A stretch of DNA of 43,453 nt from a candidate division WOR-3 bacterium. GTDB taxonomy: Bacteria; Hydrothermota; Tepidihabitantia; SM23-42; JAOAFX01. Below the pieces are notes generated by a model, which was not told the DNA's origin, made no database searches, and saw nothing but the letters and a program-made list of their open reading frames with translations. The translations under genes and the position numbers were made by a program. The stretch lies in assembly GCA_037444665.1 (NCBI GenBank), contig JBBILZ010000018.1, positions 1-43,453 of the forward strand, in the 5' to 3' direction. Positions 19,889-30,800 of this stretch are shown piece after piece; positions within the stretch are counted from its first letter, which is position 1, and every line of letters starts with the position of its first letter.

Positions 19889-20385
19889 AGGAGGTTGTAG
19901 CGTCCATTATTAAATGGACAATTTATTCGGTCCAAGGTAATAGGTTAGCCATTCTAAAAAATTGGATTAAATCAAAGTGGTTGCCCAATTTCCCGAAGGG
20001 ACTCTCGTCCCATCGGGACGGAGCATTGGGCTCTTTTTGGTGCTTGATAAATCAAGCAACTACAATTTCAGGATGGCTAAACTATTACGGTTCAAGTTTT
20101 TCTGAAATCCATCCTCAAATTGTTTTAGTTTGAGAATACGACAATACGACAATTGTCGTATTGCCGTATCAATGTATGTGCTGTATAGAGATTTATGATA
20201 ACGTCATTTTTAAGATTAAACCAGGTAAAAAACAAAAAATATTATAATGAATATTTAAACAATTAAATAATTAAACAATTGTTTAAGTGTTTAAATAAGC
20301 TGTTTTCTTCTACTTGTTAACAGGGGGGGGCTTGTTGGAAGATGTTGATTTTTCAGAAAAATGGGATACAATTGAGCAGTGGGCT

Positions 20386-23220
20386 ATGTCTGATTCTCAA
20401 TTTTTTCCTGAGATTGATCGGATTATTGAAAAGTTGAAACAAGATAAAAAAGTTTTCGTTTCAGGTGTTTCGGGTTCACCTCTGATTTTATTTATTCTTG
20501 AGCTTTCAAGAAAGATTTTTCCTGTTGTGTTTATTACCACCAAAGATAATTTAAAACAACAAAGAGATAATTTTACTGGAATTTTTTCCGAATTGACAAT
20601 CATTGACGAGAGCAGTCCATTTTATGAACCTTCACGAGTGATGATTATTGATGAGAAATTTTTAAATAAAGAAATTTATTGCCGAGAAAGGCTTGACCTT
20701 GTCACAGGTAAATGTATTGACCGTGATAAATTTTTAGCACGACTTGAATCAAGTGGTTTTCAAAGAGAAGAAATTGTTGAAGAGGCAGGCGAATATGCAG
20801 TGCGGGGTGGTATTATAGACCTTTATCCTGAAGGACAGCCAGCCGTGCGTATTGAATTAGATGCAGATAGAGTTTACTCAATAAGAAGGTTTGATATTCA
20901 GACACAACGTTCATTTGAGGTGCTTGAGCATTATTCATTAAAACTTGCTACAACTGATTTATTGGTTGTAGTAAAAGAAGAGATACAAAAGACAGGTTTA
21001 TTAATTGTTGAGAAAGATTTTGATTTGGCACTCCCGCAAATAGTTTTAGCACCATCCGGCGATTTCAATTACCATTTCAGTCTGCCCCGTAAATATTTCG
21101 GAGACCTGAAAGCATTGCAGAAGGATATAGACCAGGGCAATTATAAATATAAATTTTTGATCCACCCATCGCTCAATAAAAGATTGTCATCAATCATCGG
21201 ACCTATTGAGATCAGTCCTGTGTCTTTGAAAGAAGGTTTTGTTGATGAAGATAGAAAGATTGTTTTTCTCACTGAAAAAGAGATATTCGGTTTGTTGCTA
21301 GTGAAAAGACCGCGCTATAAGGGGCTCTTTATAGATGATTTAAAAGGATTGAAGATTGACGATTATGTAGTACACAATAACTATGGCATTGGTCAATTCA
21401 AGGGCCTTGTCCAGATAGATTTTGAGGGTAAGAAAGTGGAATGTCTGCGCATTGATTATGCTGGTTCAGATAAGGTCTTTCTGCCTGTAGAAAAATTAAA
21501 TCTTCTTGAGCGTTACATAGGCAGTGAAGGTAGACCCCCAAGATTATCAAAATTGGGTAGCGACCTCTGGCTGAGAACCAAAGAACGGGTGAAAAAGGCA
21601 ACAGAAACCCTTGCCCTGGAATTGATAAATCTTTATGCCCGGCGTCAACTCAGCAAAGGTTTTGCCTATTCACCAGATTGTCTGGAGGTAAAGGATCTTG
21701 AATCAAGTTTTATATATGAAGAAACGCCATCCCAGCAGAATGCAATCAACGATGTAAAAAAGGATATGGAATCTCCAGAACCAATGGAACGCCTTGTTTG
21801 TGGAGATGTGGGATTCGGTAAAACAGAGGTTGCAATCAGGGCAGCATTTAAAGCAGCAATGGATGGAAAACAGACAATGTTGCTCTGTCCAACGACCCTG
21901 CTTGCATTTCAGCATTACAATACCTTTATTAATAGATTAAAAAATTTCCCGGTGCGGATTGAAATGGTTTCACGATTCAAAAAGGCAAGGGAGTTAAAAG
22001 AGATATTCAAAGAGTTAAAACAAGGTAAGATCGATATTGTTATTGGAACGCATCGCCTTTTAATGCCCGATGTAGTATTTAAGGATTTGGGACTTTTAAT
22101 TATTGATGAGGAACAGCGCTTTGGGGTGCTACAGAAAGAAAAGATCAAAAAGATAAAGCCTGGGATTGATATTATCTATCTCTCTGCGACGCCAATACCA
22201 CGGACACTTTATATGAGTCTGGCTGGACTAAAGGATATTTCTATTATTAATACACCACCGGCTGGAAGAAAGGACATTATTACTCGCATTATCTATTTTG
22301 ATGAAGAGGAAATAAAAAAGATTATTTGTTTTGAACTGGGACGCAATGGACAGATATTTTTTGTGCACAATCGTATCCAGACTATAGAAACGGTCAGGTT
22401 ACGTCTGCAACATCTTTTACCCGAACTAAAAATTTGTGTGTTGCATGGACAGATGAGGTCTGTGCTAAGTGAAAAGAAGATGATAGCGTTTCTTGAGGGT
22501 AAATATGATTTACTTTTATCCACAGCAATTGTGGAATCAGGCCTTGATATGCCACAGGTAAATACTATTATTGTTAACGAAGCGCACAAATTTGGACTTG
22601 CTGACCTGCATCAATTAAGGGGCAGGGTGGGAAGAAGCGATGTGCAGGGCTATGCCTATTTTATTGTTCCTGAGCGCAGGATTACTGAAGAGGCGCAAAA
22701 AAGATTGAGTGCCCTCGTTTCCTATACCACGCTCGGTTCTGGTTTCAGGTTGGCAATAAGGGATATGGAGATTCGTGGCATCGGTAATATACTTGGAAAA
22801 GAACAGTCAGGTTATGTGAATGCAATAGGTTACTATAACTATGTTAAGATTCTCAACAATATGGTAAATGAATTAATGGGAAAACCAACAATGCTTGAAC
22901 CAATACTCAACCTTAAGATTGCCGGCTATATCCCTGCTGAATACATTGCAAGTGCCTATGAAAGGACAGCAATGTATAAAAGATTTATGGAGGTTCAGTC
23001 CGAATATGAATTGGAAAGACTTAAAGATGAAATCATTGACCGCTTTGGCAGATATCCACCCGAGGTTGAGAATCTCTTTTTGCTTTCAAAGATAAGGCTT
23101 ACTGCAATAGGTTATAATGCCAGTGAGGTTGTTCAAAAAGGAGACTCCATACTCTTTTATCAACAGGGTAGATTGATTCAAGAATTATCAGTCAGTAGCT
23201 TAGCGCTGAAGATGAATTAA
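20386..23220 (+). CDS. mfd: Transcription-repair coupling factor
   Basis: GEYAVRGGIIDL, YVVHNNYGIG (CarD-like RID), GDVGFGKTEVA, DEEQRFG, SATPIPRTL, QLRGRVGRS, TRCF C-terminal domain. Confidence 0.95.
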   Translation: MSDSQFFPEIDRIIEKLKQDKKVFVSGVSGSPLILFILELSRKIFPVVFITTKDNLKQQRDNFTGIFSELTIIDESSPFYEPSRVMIIDEKFLNKEIYCRERLDLVTGKCIDRDKFLARLESSGFQREEIVEEAGEYAVRGGIIDLYPEGQPAVRIELDADRVYSIRRFDIQTQRSFEVLEHYSLKLATTDLLVVVKEEIQKTGLLIVEKDFDLALPQIVLAPSGDFNYHFSLPRKYFGDLKALQKDIDQGNYKYKFLIHPSLNKRLSSIIGPIEISPVSLKEGFVDEDRKIVFLTEKEIFGLLLVKRPRYKGLFIDDLKGLKIDDYVVHNNYGIGQFKGLVQIDFEGKKVECLRIDYAGSDKVFLPVEKLNLLERYIGSEGRPPRLSKLGSDLWLRTKERVKKATETLALELINLYARRQLSKGFAYSPDCLEVKDLESSFIYEETPSQQNAINDVKKDMESPEPMERLVCGDVGFGKTEVAIRAAFKAAMDGKQTMLLCPTTLLAFQHYNTFINRLKNFPVRIEMVSRFKKARELKEIFKELKQGKIDIVIGTHRLLMPDVVFKDLGLLIIDEEQRFGVLQKEKIKKIKPGIDIIYLSATPIPRTLYMSLAGLKDISIINTPPAGRKDIITRIIYFDEEEIKKIICFELGRNGQIFFVHNRIQTIETVRLRLQHLLPELKICVLHGQMRSVLSEKKMIAFLEGKYDLLLSTAIVESGLDMPQVNTIIVNEAHKFGLADLHQLRGRVGRSDVQGYAYFIVPERRITEEAQKRLSALVSYTTLGSGFRLAIRDMEIRGIGNILGKEQSGYVNAIGYYNYVKILNNMVNELMGKPTMLEPILNLKIAGYIPAEYIASAYERTAMYKRFMEVQSEYELERLKDEIIDRFGRYPPEVENLFLLSKIRLTAIGYNASEVVQKGDSILFYQQGRLIQELSVSSLALKMN

Positions 23221-24263
23221 ATTAAGAATTTACTGACCAAATTAAACCACTGTTCATCAGTTAGACGCTCGTATATATTACTAACAATCTCACCACCATC
23301 AGCAATTGTTACACCTATCTGCTCATTAAATTCTTCATGGAGTCTATCAAATTCCTTTTCTAACCAATTTCTTGCGTTTTCACCCTTTTTAAATTCACTA
23401 ATCTCGCGTGGCGGCTTAATCTTGAAAAGCCAGCCCAGATTATAAGGGTCTTTTGTTATTACTGATGGCTGAGATTTTATGATTTCGTTTGTTTCCAAAA
23501 TTTCCATAGAGATTGGCGATTTTATTTTGACTACACGATTTTTACTGCCTATCTGCCAGCACTCTTCGCCTTTTTCAATCATTTGGTTGGCTGTGATTTT
23601 TATATTATCAATCTTTCCAATTATTTTTGTCGCAAAGTCATCAATACCAACTTTTACTGTTTCACCCTCAATCTTTAACCAAATATGGTTGGGTGTGTAG
23701 TAATAGTCTTCTCTGAAGGCGAATCCTTTTAATAGTTTTTCCTTTTTTAGTTCGCGCTCGCGTCTCCTTTTTAAATAAGGATTTGCCTCAATCATATCCT
23801 GAACATACTGGTCAACAGCACAATGCCAGCATTCATAATTATTAGAGCATAACTTATAAGTAAAATCTCCAGTTAGCATATATCTGCACTTGCGTTCATC
23901 TGCGGGCAATTGTTTTAATTTCTTTATGGCTTCAATCACCAATGGAGATTCAACATATGTGCCGCTGGCATCACTAATTGCCTGGTCAAACGCACAGTTC
24001 TTACAATCATAATCAGAAGTACAGACTCGGTAAGAAATAACCCCGGCCTTTGTCCAAATGCAAAGGTTTTCTTTATTTTCTGCCATTTTTCTCTCCTTTT
24101 TTTCTTTTTGCCCTTTGGCCAAAAAGTCTTTATAAATAGGGCAATCACTATAATTGACTTCACAAGGATTTTCTGCAACGAGTCTATCCTTGGGAAGCAT
24201 TTTTTTCACTGCACAAGCAGTGCAATATTGAACTAAAACTTCTTCCAAGAATGGGCATTTCAT
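23217..24263 (-). CDS. GcvH-like (lipoyl-domain fold) protein with three N-terminal Cys4 modules
   Basis: YYYTPNHIW, VGIDDFA, SPIS, DPYNLGWLFKI; N-terminal Cys clusters. Confidence 0.8.
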   Translation of the reverse strand: MKCPFLEEVLVQYCTACAVKKMLPKDRLVAENPCEVNYSDCPIYKDFLAKGQKEKKERKMAENKENLCIWTKAGVISYRVCTSDYDCKNCAFDQAISDASGTYVESPLVIEAIKKLKQLPADERKCRYMLTGDFTYKLCSNNYECWHCAVDQYVQDMIEANPYLKRRRERELKKEKLLKGFAFREDYYYTPNHIWLKIEGETVKVGIDDFATKIIGKIDNIKITANQMIEKGEECWQIGSKNRVVKIKSPISMEILETNEIIKSQPSVITKDPYNLGWLFKIKPPREISEFKKGENARNWLEKEFDRLHEEFNEQIGVTIADGGEIVSNIYERLTDEQWFNLVSKFLI

Positions 24264-24286
24264 TTTTACCTCTATTACTCCTATTA

Positions 24287-24302
24287 TGCAAAATCTGTGC
24301 CA
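24287..24302 (-). promoter_or_regulatory. sigma54 -24/-12 promoter of the GcvH-like gene
   Basis: TGGCAC-AGATT-TTGCA on the minus strand, 23 nt before the ATG. Confidence 0.85.
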
Positions 24303-24482
24303 GGATTATTTTGAAAAACAGCACTATTTTTCAATGGTTTTCTTAATTATATTGGTCAGATTGTGTTTAAAAAACAAACAACAATAAAATATTATGATTT
24401 TTTAAGCAGTTTTAGTGGTTATTTTATAAACACTTATTTTCTTTAAACATAGTTTGTGATTATGGGTAATTTATGTTGAGAG

Positions 24483-25835
24483 TTATGGTTTTTTCAAATC
24501 ATATTCTTTAATTTTTTTGTAAAGCGTTAATCTATTTATTTTCAAAATTTCAGCACACCGTTTTATGTTCCAGGCATTGGCATTGAGAATATTCAGAATG
24601 TGCTCTTTTTCTATGTCCTCAAGGGACATCGTGGATTTTAGCGAGGTTTGGATTAATGCTTTTCTTGCAATAGATGCAGGCAAATCTTCTATGGTAATTT
24701 CTTTAGTATTGCAGATGACCACACTATGTTCAATAACATTTTCTAGCTCCCTGACATTTCCTGGCCAGTCATATTCCATCAATAATTCCATTGCTTTTGT
24801 TGAGATCGTTTCTACTTGTTTTCCTGTTTCAAGCCGATATTTATCCAGGAAGTGCTCAATAATAATTGGCAGGTCCTGTTTACGTTTTCTTAAAGGTGGG
24901 AGCTCAATTGTTATGACATTTAGCCGATAATATAAATCATCTCTGAAAGTTCCATTCTTAACCATTTCTTCAAGATTTTTATTGGTTGCAGCAATTATTC
25001 GGATATCAACCTTTAATAATTCTTTACCACCGAGCCTTTTAAATTCTCTTTCTTGAATAAATCGCAGAAGGTCAACCTGGGTCTTTGGACTAATGTCTCC
25101 AATTTCATCAAGAAACAATGTTCCTTTATCTGCTATTTCAATACGTCCTTTGTACTGTGAAATTGCTCCAGTGAATGCACCCTTCTCATAGCCAAACAAC
25201 TCTGCTTCCAGCAGAGATTCAGGCATTGCTCCACAAGCTACCGGAATAAAGGGACCATTCTTTCTTGGACTCAATTCATGGATTGCCCGTGCAATAAGTT
25301 CCTTACCGGTGCCGCTCTCTCCTCTAATTAATATTGTGGATTTTGTAGGTGCGACTGTTTTAACCATTTCAAAAACCTTTAACATCTCTGGGCTTTTTCC
25401 GACCAGGTCCTGAAATTTAAATCTTTTGGTTAATTCTTTTCTTAATCTTATGTTCTCTTTAATCAATCGTTGATGTTCAATGAGTTTCTTTATTACAATG
25501 CTTATCTCTTCAGGATTAAACGGTTTTACTATATAGTCAGCCGCACCTTCTTTCATCGCTACAACTGCACTATCAATCGTAGCGTATGCCGTAATAATCA
25601 CTACCGGAATTTTAAAATTACTTTCATTAATTCTTTTTAATACCTCTATTCCATCAATTTCAGGCATTTTGAGGTCAACAATTGCTAAATCAAAATTTTC
25701 ACTTTTTAGTAGTTCTAATGCTTTATAACCATTTTCCACGGCAATAGCATCGTAACCATCTTCCTTGAGCCAATCAGAAAGCGAACATCGCATTATCTCT
25801 TCGTCATCAACAATCAGAATTTTACTCTTTATCAT
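24483..25835 (-). CDS. sigma54-dependent response regulator (NtrC/AtoC/ZraR family)
   Basis: REC domain (VDDE, DLKMP), GESGTGKE, GAFTGA, FLDEIG, WPGNVREL, Fis-type HTH. Confidence 0.94.
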   Translation of the reverse strand: MIKSKILIVDDEEIMRCSLSDWLKEDGYDAIAVENGYKALELLKSENFDLAIVDLKMPEIDGIEVLKRINESNFKIPVVIITAYATIDSAVVAMKEGAADYIVKPFNPEEISIVIKKLIEHQRLIKENIRLRKELTKRFKFQDLVGKSPEMLKVFEMVKTVAPTKSTILIRGESGTGKELIARAIHELSPRKNGPFIPVACGAMPESLLEAELFGYEKGAFTGAISQYKGRIEIADKGTLFLDEIGDISPKTQVDLLRFIQEREFKRLGGKELLKVDIRIIAATNKNLEEMVKNGTFRDDLYYRLNVITIELPPLRKRKQDLPIIIEHFLDKYRLETGKQVETISTKAMELLMEYDWPGNVRELENVIEHSVVICNTKEITIEDLPASIARKALIQTSLKSTMSLEDIEKEHILNILNANAWNIKRCAEILKINRLTLYKKIKEYDLKKP

Positions 25836-25844
25836 AGAGCCTCC

Positions 25845-26393
25845 TTAAGTTGATTGTAGAACTTGCTGTCTAAAAAATTCAGCACATTTTAAACAAAGAC
25901 TACATTTTTTATAATCCAGAGTGAAGATGCTGTCAGCCAAGAACATCGCACACCTCGGGTCATCGCAATGAACCAAGCCAAAGCAGTGTCCTAATTCATG
26001 TATCATGGTTTTTTTTAATCGTTCAGAAAGTAGTTCTTTATCATCAGGTAATTTGTAAAAATTTTGATTCAGGCGATGTATTGAAATAATTGCTACTCTA
26101 CCGTCAAGTTGGGCTTCGCCAAAAACATAAGTAAGTATAGGTGTGCATAAGTCAACATTTGTAATACCCACAAGCTTTAGCGCATCTTTCGGAAAATCAT
26201 CCATCAATGTCTGAAGAATTCTGTTGGCATAATACTGATTCCTAATCGGGTCAAATGCAGAAACTGGACACTCCAGGAATTTTCCTAATTTAAATGGTAG
26301 CAAAAATATTTTTTCCAATTCATTAAGAATACAAGTGATATTGTCAATCTTTTCTAACCCGACAGGACTTATGTAGATATATTGAAGTGCCAC
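25845..26393 (-). CDS. Archaemetzincin (peptidase M54)
   Basis: HELGHCFGLVHCDDPRCAM, CxxC (CLKC), YVFGEA. Confidence 0.88.
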   Translation of the reverse strand: MALQYIYISPVGLEKIDNITCILNELEKIFLLPFKLGKFLECPVSAFDPIRNQYYANRILQTLMDDFPKDALKLVGITNVDLCTPILTYVFGEAQLDGRVAIISIHRLNQNFYKLPDDKELLSERLKKTMIHELGHCFGLVHCDDPRCAMFLADSIFTLDYKKCSLCLKCAEFFRQQVLQST

Positions 26394-26398
26394 ATAAG

Positions 26399-26483
26399 AT
26401 TATATAAATACAATTCTGCTTGTCAATCACTTTTCTTAATAAGTAAATTTGACAATTGACAATTGAAATTAAATTGTTATAAT
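26399..26483. promoter_or_regulatory. Divergent sigma70 promoters for archaemetzincin-regulator and kinase genes
   Basis: Minus strand TTGACA(26426-26421)-N16-TATAAT(26404-26399); plus strand TTGACA(26456-26461)-N16-TATAAT(26478-26483). Confidence 0.72.
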
Positions 26484-26495
26484 AAAAAACAGTTT

Positions 26496-27608
26496 ATGAA
26501 TGAAAAGAAATTGATTGGTTTAGATTTTGAATTGATGAGGCCATTTCTTGAAAATCTTTTGAAGAATATGGAGGGTGGAGTATTTACAGTAGACCTCAAC
26601 AAGCAGATCACATCATTTAACAAGGCGGCAGAATGGATTACGGGTTATTGTTATGATGAAGTAATTGGTAGACCTTGTTATGAAGTATTAAAAAGTAGTT
26701 TATGTAATGAGTTCTGTATTTTTGATAAAACTATCAAAACAGGAATTCCCACAATGAAACACGATGTGATTATCACGGGAAAAGAAGGACAACAGATTTA
26801 TGTTTCATATTCAGCATTCAGTTTAACAGATGTTCATAAAAAAACAAGGGGTATAGGTGTTATTTTCCGTGATTTGACCGAATTAAAAAACCTTAGAGAA
26901 CAGTTGCTCCATTCGGAGAAACTGATTGTGATGGGGCAACTTGCCGCAGGTGTGGCGCACGAGATAAACAATCCAATAAACGGAATTATTAATTATATCC
27001 ACCTGTTTTTGAAACGGCTTGAAGAAAATCGTATTGCCCCTGAATCCTGGAAAAAAGATTTAAAGATGGTGGAAAGAGAGACAATGCGTATTGGTAGGCT
27101 GGTTAGAAATCTATTAAATTTTGCAAAAAAGACCGAACTTGAACTGAGAAAAATTCAGTTGGACCGTTTAATTGATGATACATTGCCACTTTTGGAGGAC
27201 CAATTTCTTTTAAAGAACATCCAGGTGAATAAAAAATATGAAAAACATATTCCTGAAATTTTTGGCGATTATAATCAACTCCAGCAAGTTATAATCAACC
27301 TGACCATAAATGCAGTTCAAGCAGTTAATAAAGGCGGCAAGATTGAAATAAGTTTGAATGCAGAGGGCCAAAAAGGTAGCGAATGTTTTGTTGTTCTTTC
27401 TATTGAAGATAATGGTGTGGGAATACCTGAGGCAGATTTGAATAAGGTCTTTGACCCATTCTATACTACAAAGACCAAAGAGAAGGGTGGAATCGGTCTT
27501 GGTTTGACCATAGTCAAGCAGATTATTGATGCCCACCATGGCCGCATCACAATTAAAAGTAAACCAGGTGAAGGTACTACTGTATCAGTCCGTTTCCCCA
27601 CGGTTTGA
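26496..27608 (+). CDS. Cytoplasmic PAS sensor histidine kinase
   Basis: PAS (FNKAAEWITGY), H-box AHEINNP, N-box, DNGVG, FDPFYTTK, GLGL; no TM helix. Confidence 0.92.
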   Translation: MNEKKLIGLDFELMRPFLENLLKNMEGGVFTVDLNKQITSFNKAAEWITGYCYDEVIGRPCYEVLKSSLCNEFCIFDKTIKTGIPTMKHDVIITGKEGQQIYVSYSAFSLTDVHKKTRGIGVIFRDLTELKNLREQLLHSEKLIVMGQLAAGVAHEINNPINGIINYIHLFLKRLEENRIAPESWKKDLKMVERETMRIGRLVRNLLNFAKKTELELRKIQLDRLIDDTLPLLEDQFLLKNIQVNKKYEKHIPEIFGDYNQLQQVIINLTINAVQAVNKGGKIEISLNAEGQKGSECFVVLSIEDNGVGIPEADLNKVFDPFYTTKTKEKGGIGLGLTIVKQIIDAHHGRITIKSKPGEGTTVSVRFPTV

Positions 27609-27753
27609 TCTCTATTGTTATATCGTCAGTGGCTTTTATTTATATCCAATAAATTGGGCGACTAAATTATTGTGGAAGGCAGAAAAGGCTCAAGAGGTTG
27701 AAACGCGAAAAAAATTGGGGGTTGAGGGCTAAGCCAGGGCTAAAAACAAGTGC

Positions 27754-27781
27754 TTGACTTTTAATTCCTTTTAAATATAAT
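27754..27781 (+). promoter_or_regulatory. sigma70-type promoter of the redox operon
   Basis: TTGACT-N16-TATAAT; AGGAG RBS before ATG 27857. Confidence 0.65.
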
Positions 27782-27856
27782 AAATTTATAAATAATAAAA
27801 TCAAACGAAAATTTTCAATAGTGAATAAAAACAATAATTTCTAATAAGGAGTTAAA

Positions 27857-30800
27857 ATGAAAAAAATTGGAGTTTTTATCTGCCATTGTGGAATAAACAT
27901 TGCCAAAACTGTAGATGTTGAGGCATTGACTGAGGAGATAAAGAAGTATCCTGGAGTTGTTCATGCCGAGAACTACAAGTATATGTGCTCTGACCCCGGA
28001 CAGAATCTGATTGTAAAAGCAATAAAAGAAAAGAAACTTGATGCGGTTTTGGTTGCAGCATGCTCTCCAACCCTTCATGAACCAACATTTAGAAATACAA
28101 CAGAACGTGGTGGGCTCAACCGCTATGTATGCGAAATGGCAAATATTCGTGAACAATGTTCCTGGGTACATGAAGATAAGACTATTGCCACGCGCAAGGC
28201 AGGGGATATTATAAAGACAATGATTCAAAAAGTAAGATTCAATGAGGCATTAGAACCAATCCTGGTTGATGTGACGAAAAGGGCACTGGTGATTGGTGGA
28301 GGTATTGCAGGAATTCAGGCAGCACTGGATATTGCTAATGCTGGGATAGAGACGATTCTTGTTGAAAGGTCACCTTCAATCGGCGGTCGGATGGCACAAC
28401 TATCAGAGACATTCCCAACCCTTGATTGTTCCCAGTGTATCTTAACTCCCAAGATGGTGGAAGTTGTTCAGAATAAAAATATTAAACTGATGCCCTATTC
28501 AGAAGTAGAAGATGTAACCGGAACAGTGGGTAATTTTAAGGTTAAGATAAAACAGAAATCCACTTTTGTTGACTGGAACAAGTGTAATGGTTGCGGTGAT
28601 TGTGCTTTGGTCTGTCCGGTTTTGATTCCCAATGAATTTGAAGAGAATCTCACGACTCGCACTGCAATCTATCGTCCTTTTCCACAGGCAGTCCCCAATC
28701 GTTTTACCATCACCAAGAAAGGCCATCCTCCCTGTAGGTCTGCCTGCCCAGCCGGGGTTAATGCACAGGGTTATGTAGCCTTAATCCGTGCTGGAAAATA
28801 TAAAGAGGCATTAGCACTTGAGCGTGACGCAAATCCATTTGCAAGTGTTTGCGGTAGGGTATGTAATCATCCCTGTGAAACCGAATGTGTCCGTGGTGAA
28901 GTTGAGGATGCAATTTCAATTGCTTCCTTAAAGAGGTTCATAGCTGATTTTGGAGATTATCCATTAACCCAGCGAAAGCCGACCGGCGAGAAGATTGCTG
29001 TTGTAGGTTCGGGTCCGGCCGGACTTGCCTGTGCCTATTTCCTGGCAAGAAAGAATTATCAAGTAACAGTCTATGAAGCAGAAGATGTTATTGGTGGACT
29101 CTTATACTGGGGCATTCCTGCATTCCGCTTACCAAGAAATGAACTTAAAAAAGATATTGATTATATCAAATCATTCGGTGTAGAGTTCAAGACTGGAATA
29201 AAGGTTGGAAAGGATATTTCCCTTGAGCAGTTACAGAAAGGCAATCGCGCTGTCTTCCTCGGTACTGGTGCACCTGAAGAGCTAAAATTAAATATTGAAG
29301 GTGAAACACTTCAAGGTGTGCTCCATTGTGTAAGCTTCTTAAAAGAAATAAATTTAGGAAGAAAGATAACCTTGGGTAAAAAAGTTGTGGTCATTGGTGG
29401 TGGAAATGCTGCGATTGATTCGGCAAGGGTCGCTAAACGCCTGGGTAGCGATGTCACGATTCTTTATCGTAGGTCAATAAAAGAGATGCCAGCAAATCCT
29501 TGGGAGGTTGAAGAGGCATTAAAAGAAGGGGTTAAGATTGAATTCCTGGTGGCGCCAAACAAAATCTTGGGTAAGGAGAAGGTAGAACAGATTGAGTGTA
29601 TAAGAATGGAACTTGGTGCACCAGACGCAACAGGCAGGAGAAGGCCTGTAGCAATACCAGGAAGTGAATTTAATCTTACCATAGATAATGTTATCGTTGC
29701 CATTTCCCAAAAACCAGTTGTTGATTGGCTCGGCGATGAATATGAATTGACCAAATGGGGAACATTAAAAGTGGATTCAGAAACATTGATGACAAATGTT
29801 CCCGGAGTCTTTGCTGGCGGTGATTTGGTTTCTGGACCTGCAACTGTGATTGAGGCGGTGGCTGCCGGCAAAAAGGCTGCGGACAGTATAGATGCATTTT
29901 TAACCGGGGTAAAATTTGAGCATAAGAAATGGCCGGTTGCTCGCCCTGACCCTGAAAAATTAAAATCAATTCCGAAAAAGGCAAGGGCTCAGATGCCCAA
30001 AATAGCGCTTGATGAAAGAAATGGATTTAAAGAAGTTGAACTTGGCTTTGATGAAAAGACAGCAAAGGATGAAGCAAACCGATGTTTAAATTGTGCAATC
30101 TGTAGTGAGTGTCTTGAATGTGAGAGGGTTTGTGAACCAAAAGCCATCAATCATTTAATGGAAGATAAAATCGTTGAGTTTGATATAGGTGCAATTGTTG
30201 TGACCTCAGGCTATGATATCTATGAGCCTGAGCGATTGAAAGAGTATGGTTATGGCACAAGCCCGGATATCATTACATCGCTCCAATTTGAGAGATTGTT
30301 GTCTGCTTCAGGTCCTACTGCAGGAGAGGTAAAGAGACCTTCAGATGGTAAGGTGCCAAAGCGCGTAGTATTTATTCAGTGTGCTGGTTCAAGGGATAAA
30401 GAGAACCATCTTGAATACTGCTCCAAGATTTGCTGTATGTATACTGCAAAGCATGCAATTTTATACAAGCACCGTGTGCATGATGGTGAACCAATAATCT
30501 TTTATATTGATGTGAGAACACCGGGTAAGGGATTTGAAGAATTTTATAATCGGGCAACTGATGAAGGTGCCATCTATATCCGGGGTAAGGTTTCAAAGGT
30601 CTATCCAGAAAATGGGAAGATTATTGTTCTTGGTGCAGATACCCTGGTAGGCAAGAAGATTGAGGTTGAAGCAGATATGGTTGTGCTGGCAATGGGAATG
30701 GTTCCGACGCGCAATAACGAAGAATTCATTCGGAAATTAAAGATTCAATGCGATGCCAATGCATTTTTAACTGAGGCACATCCCAAGCTACGGCCCGTAG

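Noticed and set aside
19873..20133. 86-aa ORF and the many short antisense ORFs in the track
   Set aside because: No motifs or RBS; the others are shadows of well-supported genes.
23217..24263. Calling this gene gcvH of a glycine cleavage system
   Set aside because: No gcvT/gcvP nearby, a large Cys-rich extension, and a non-canonical lipoylation motif.
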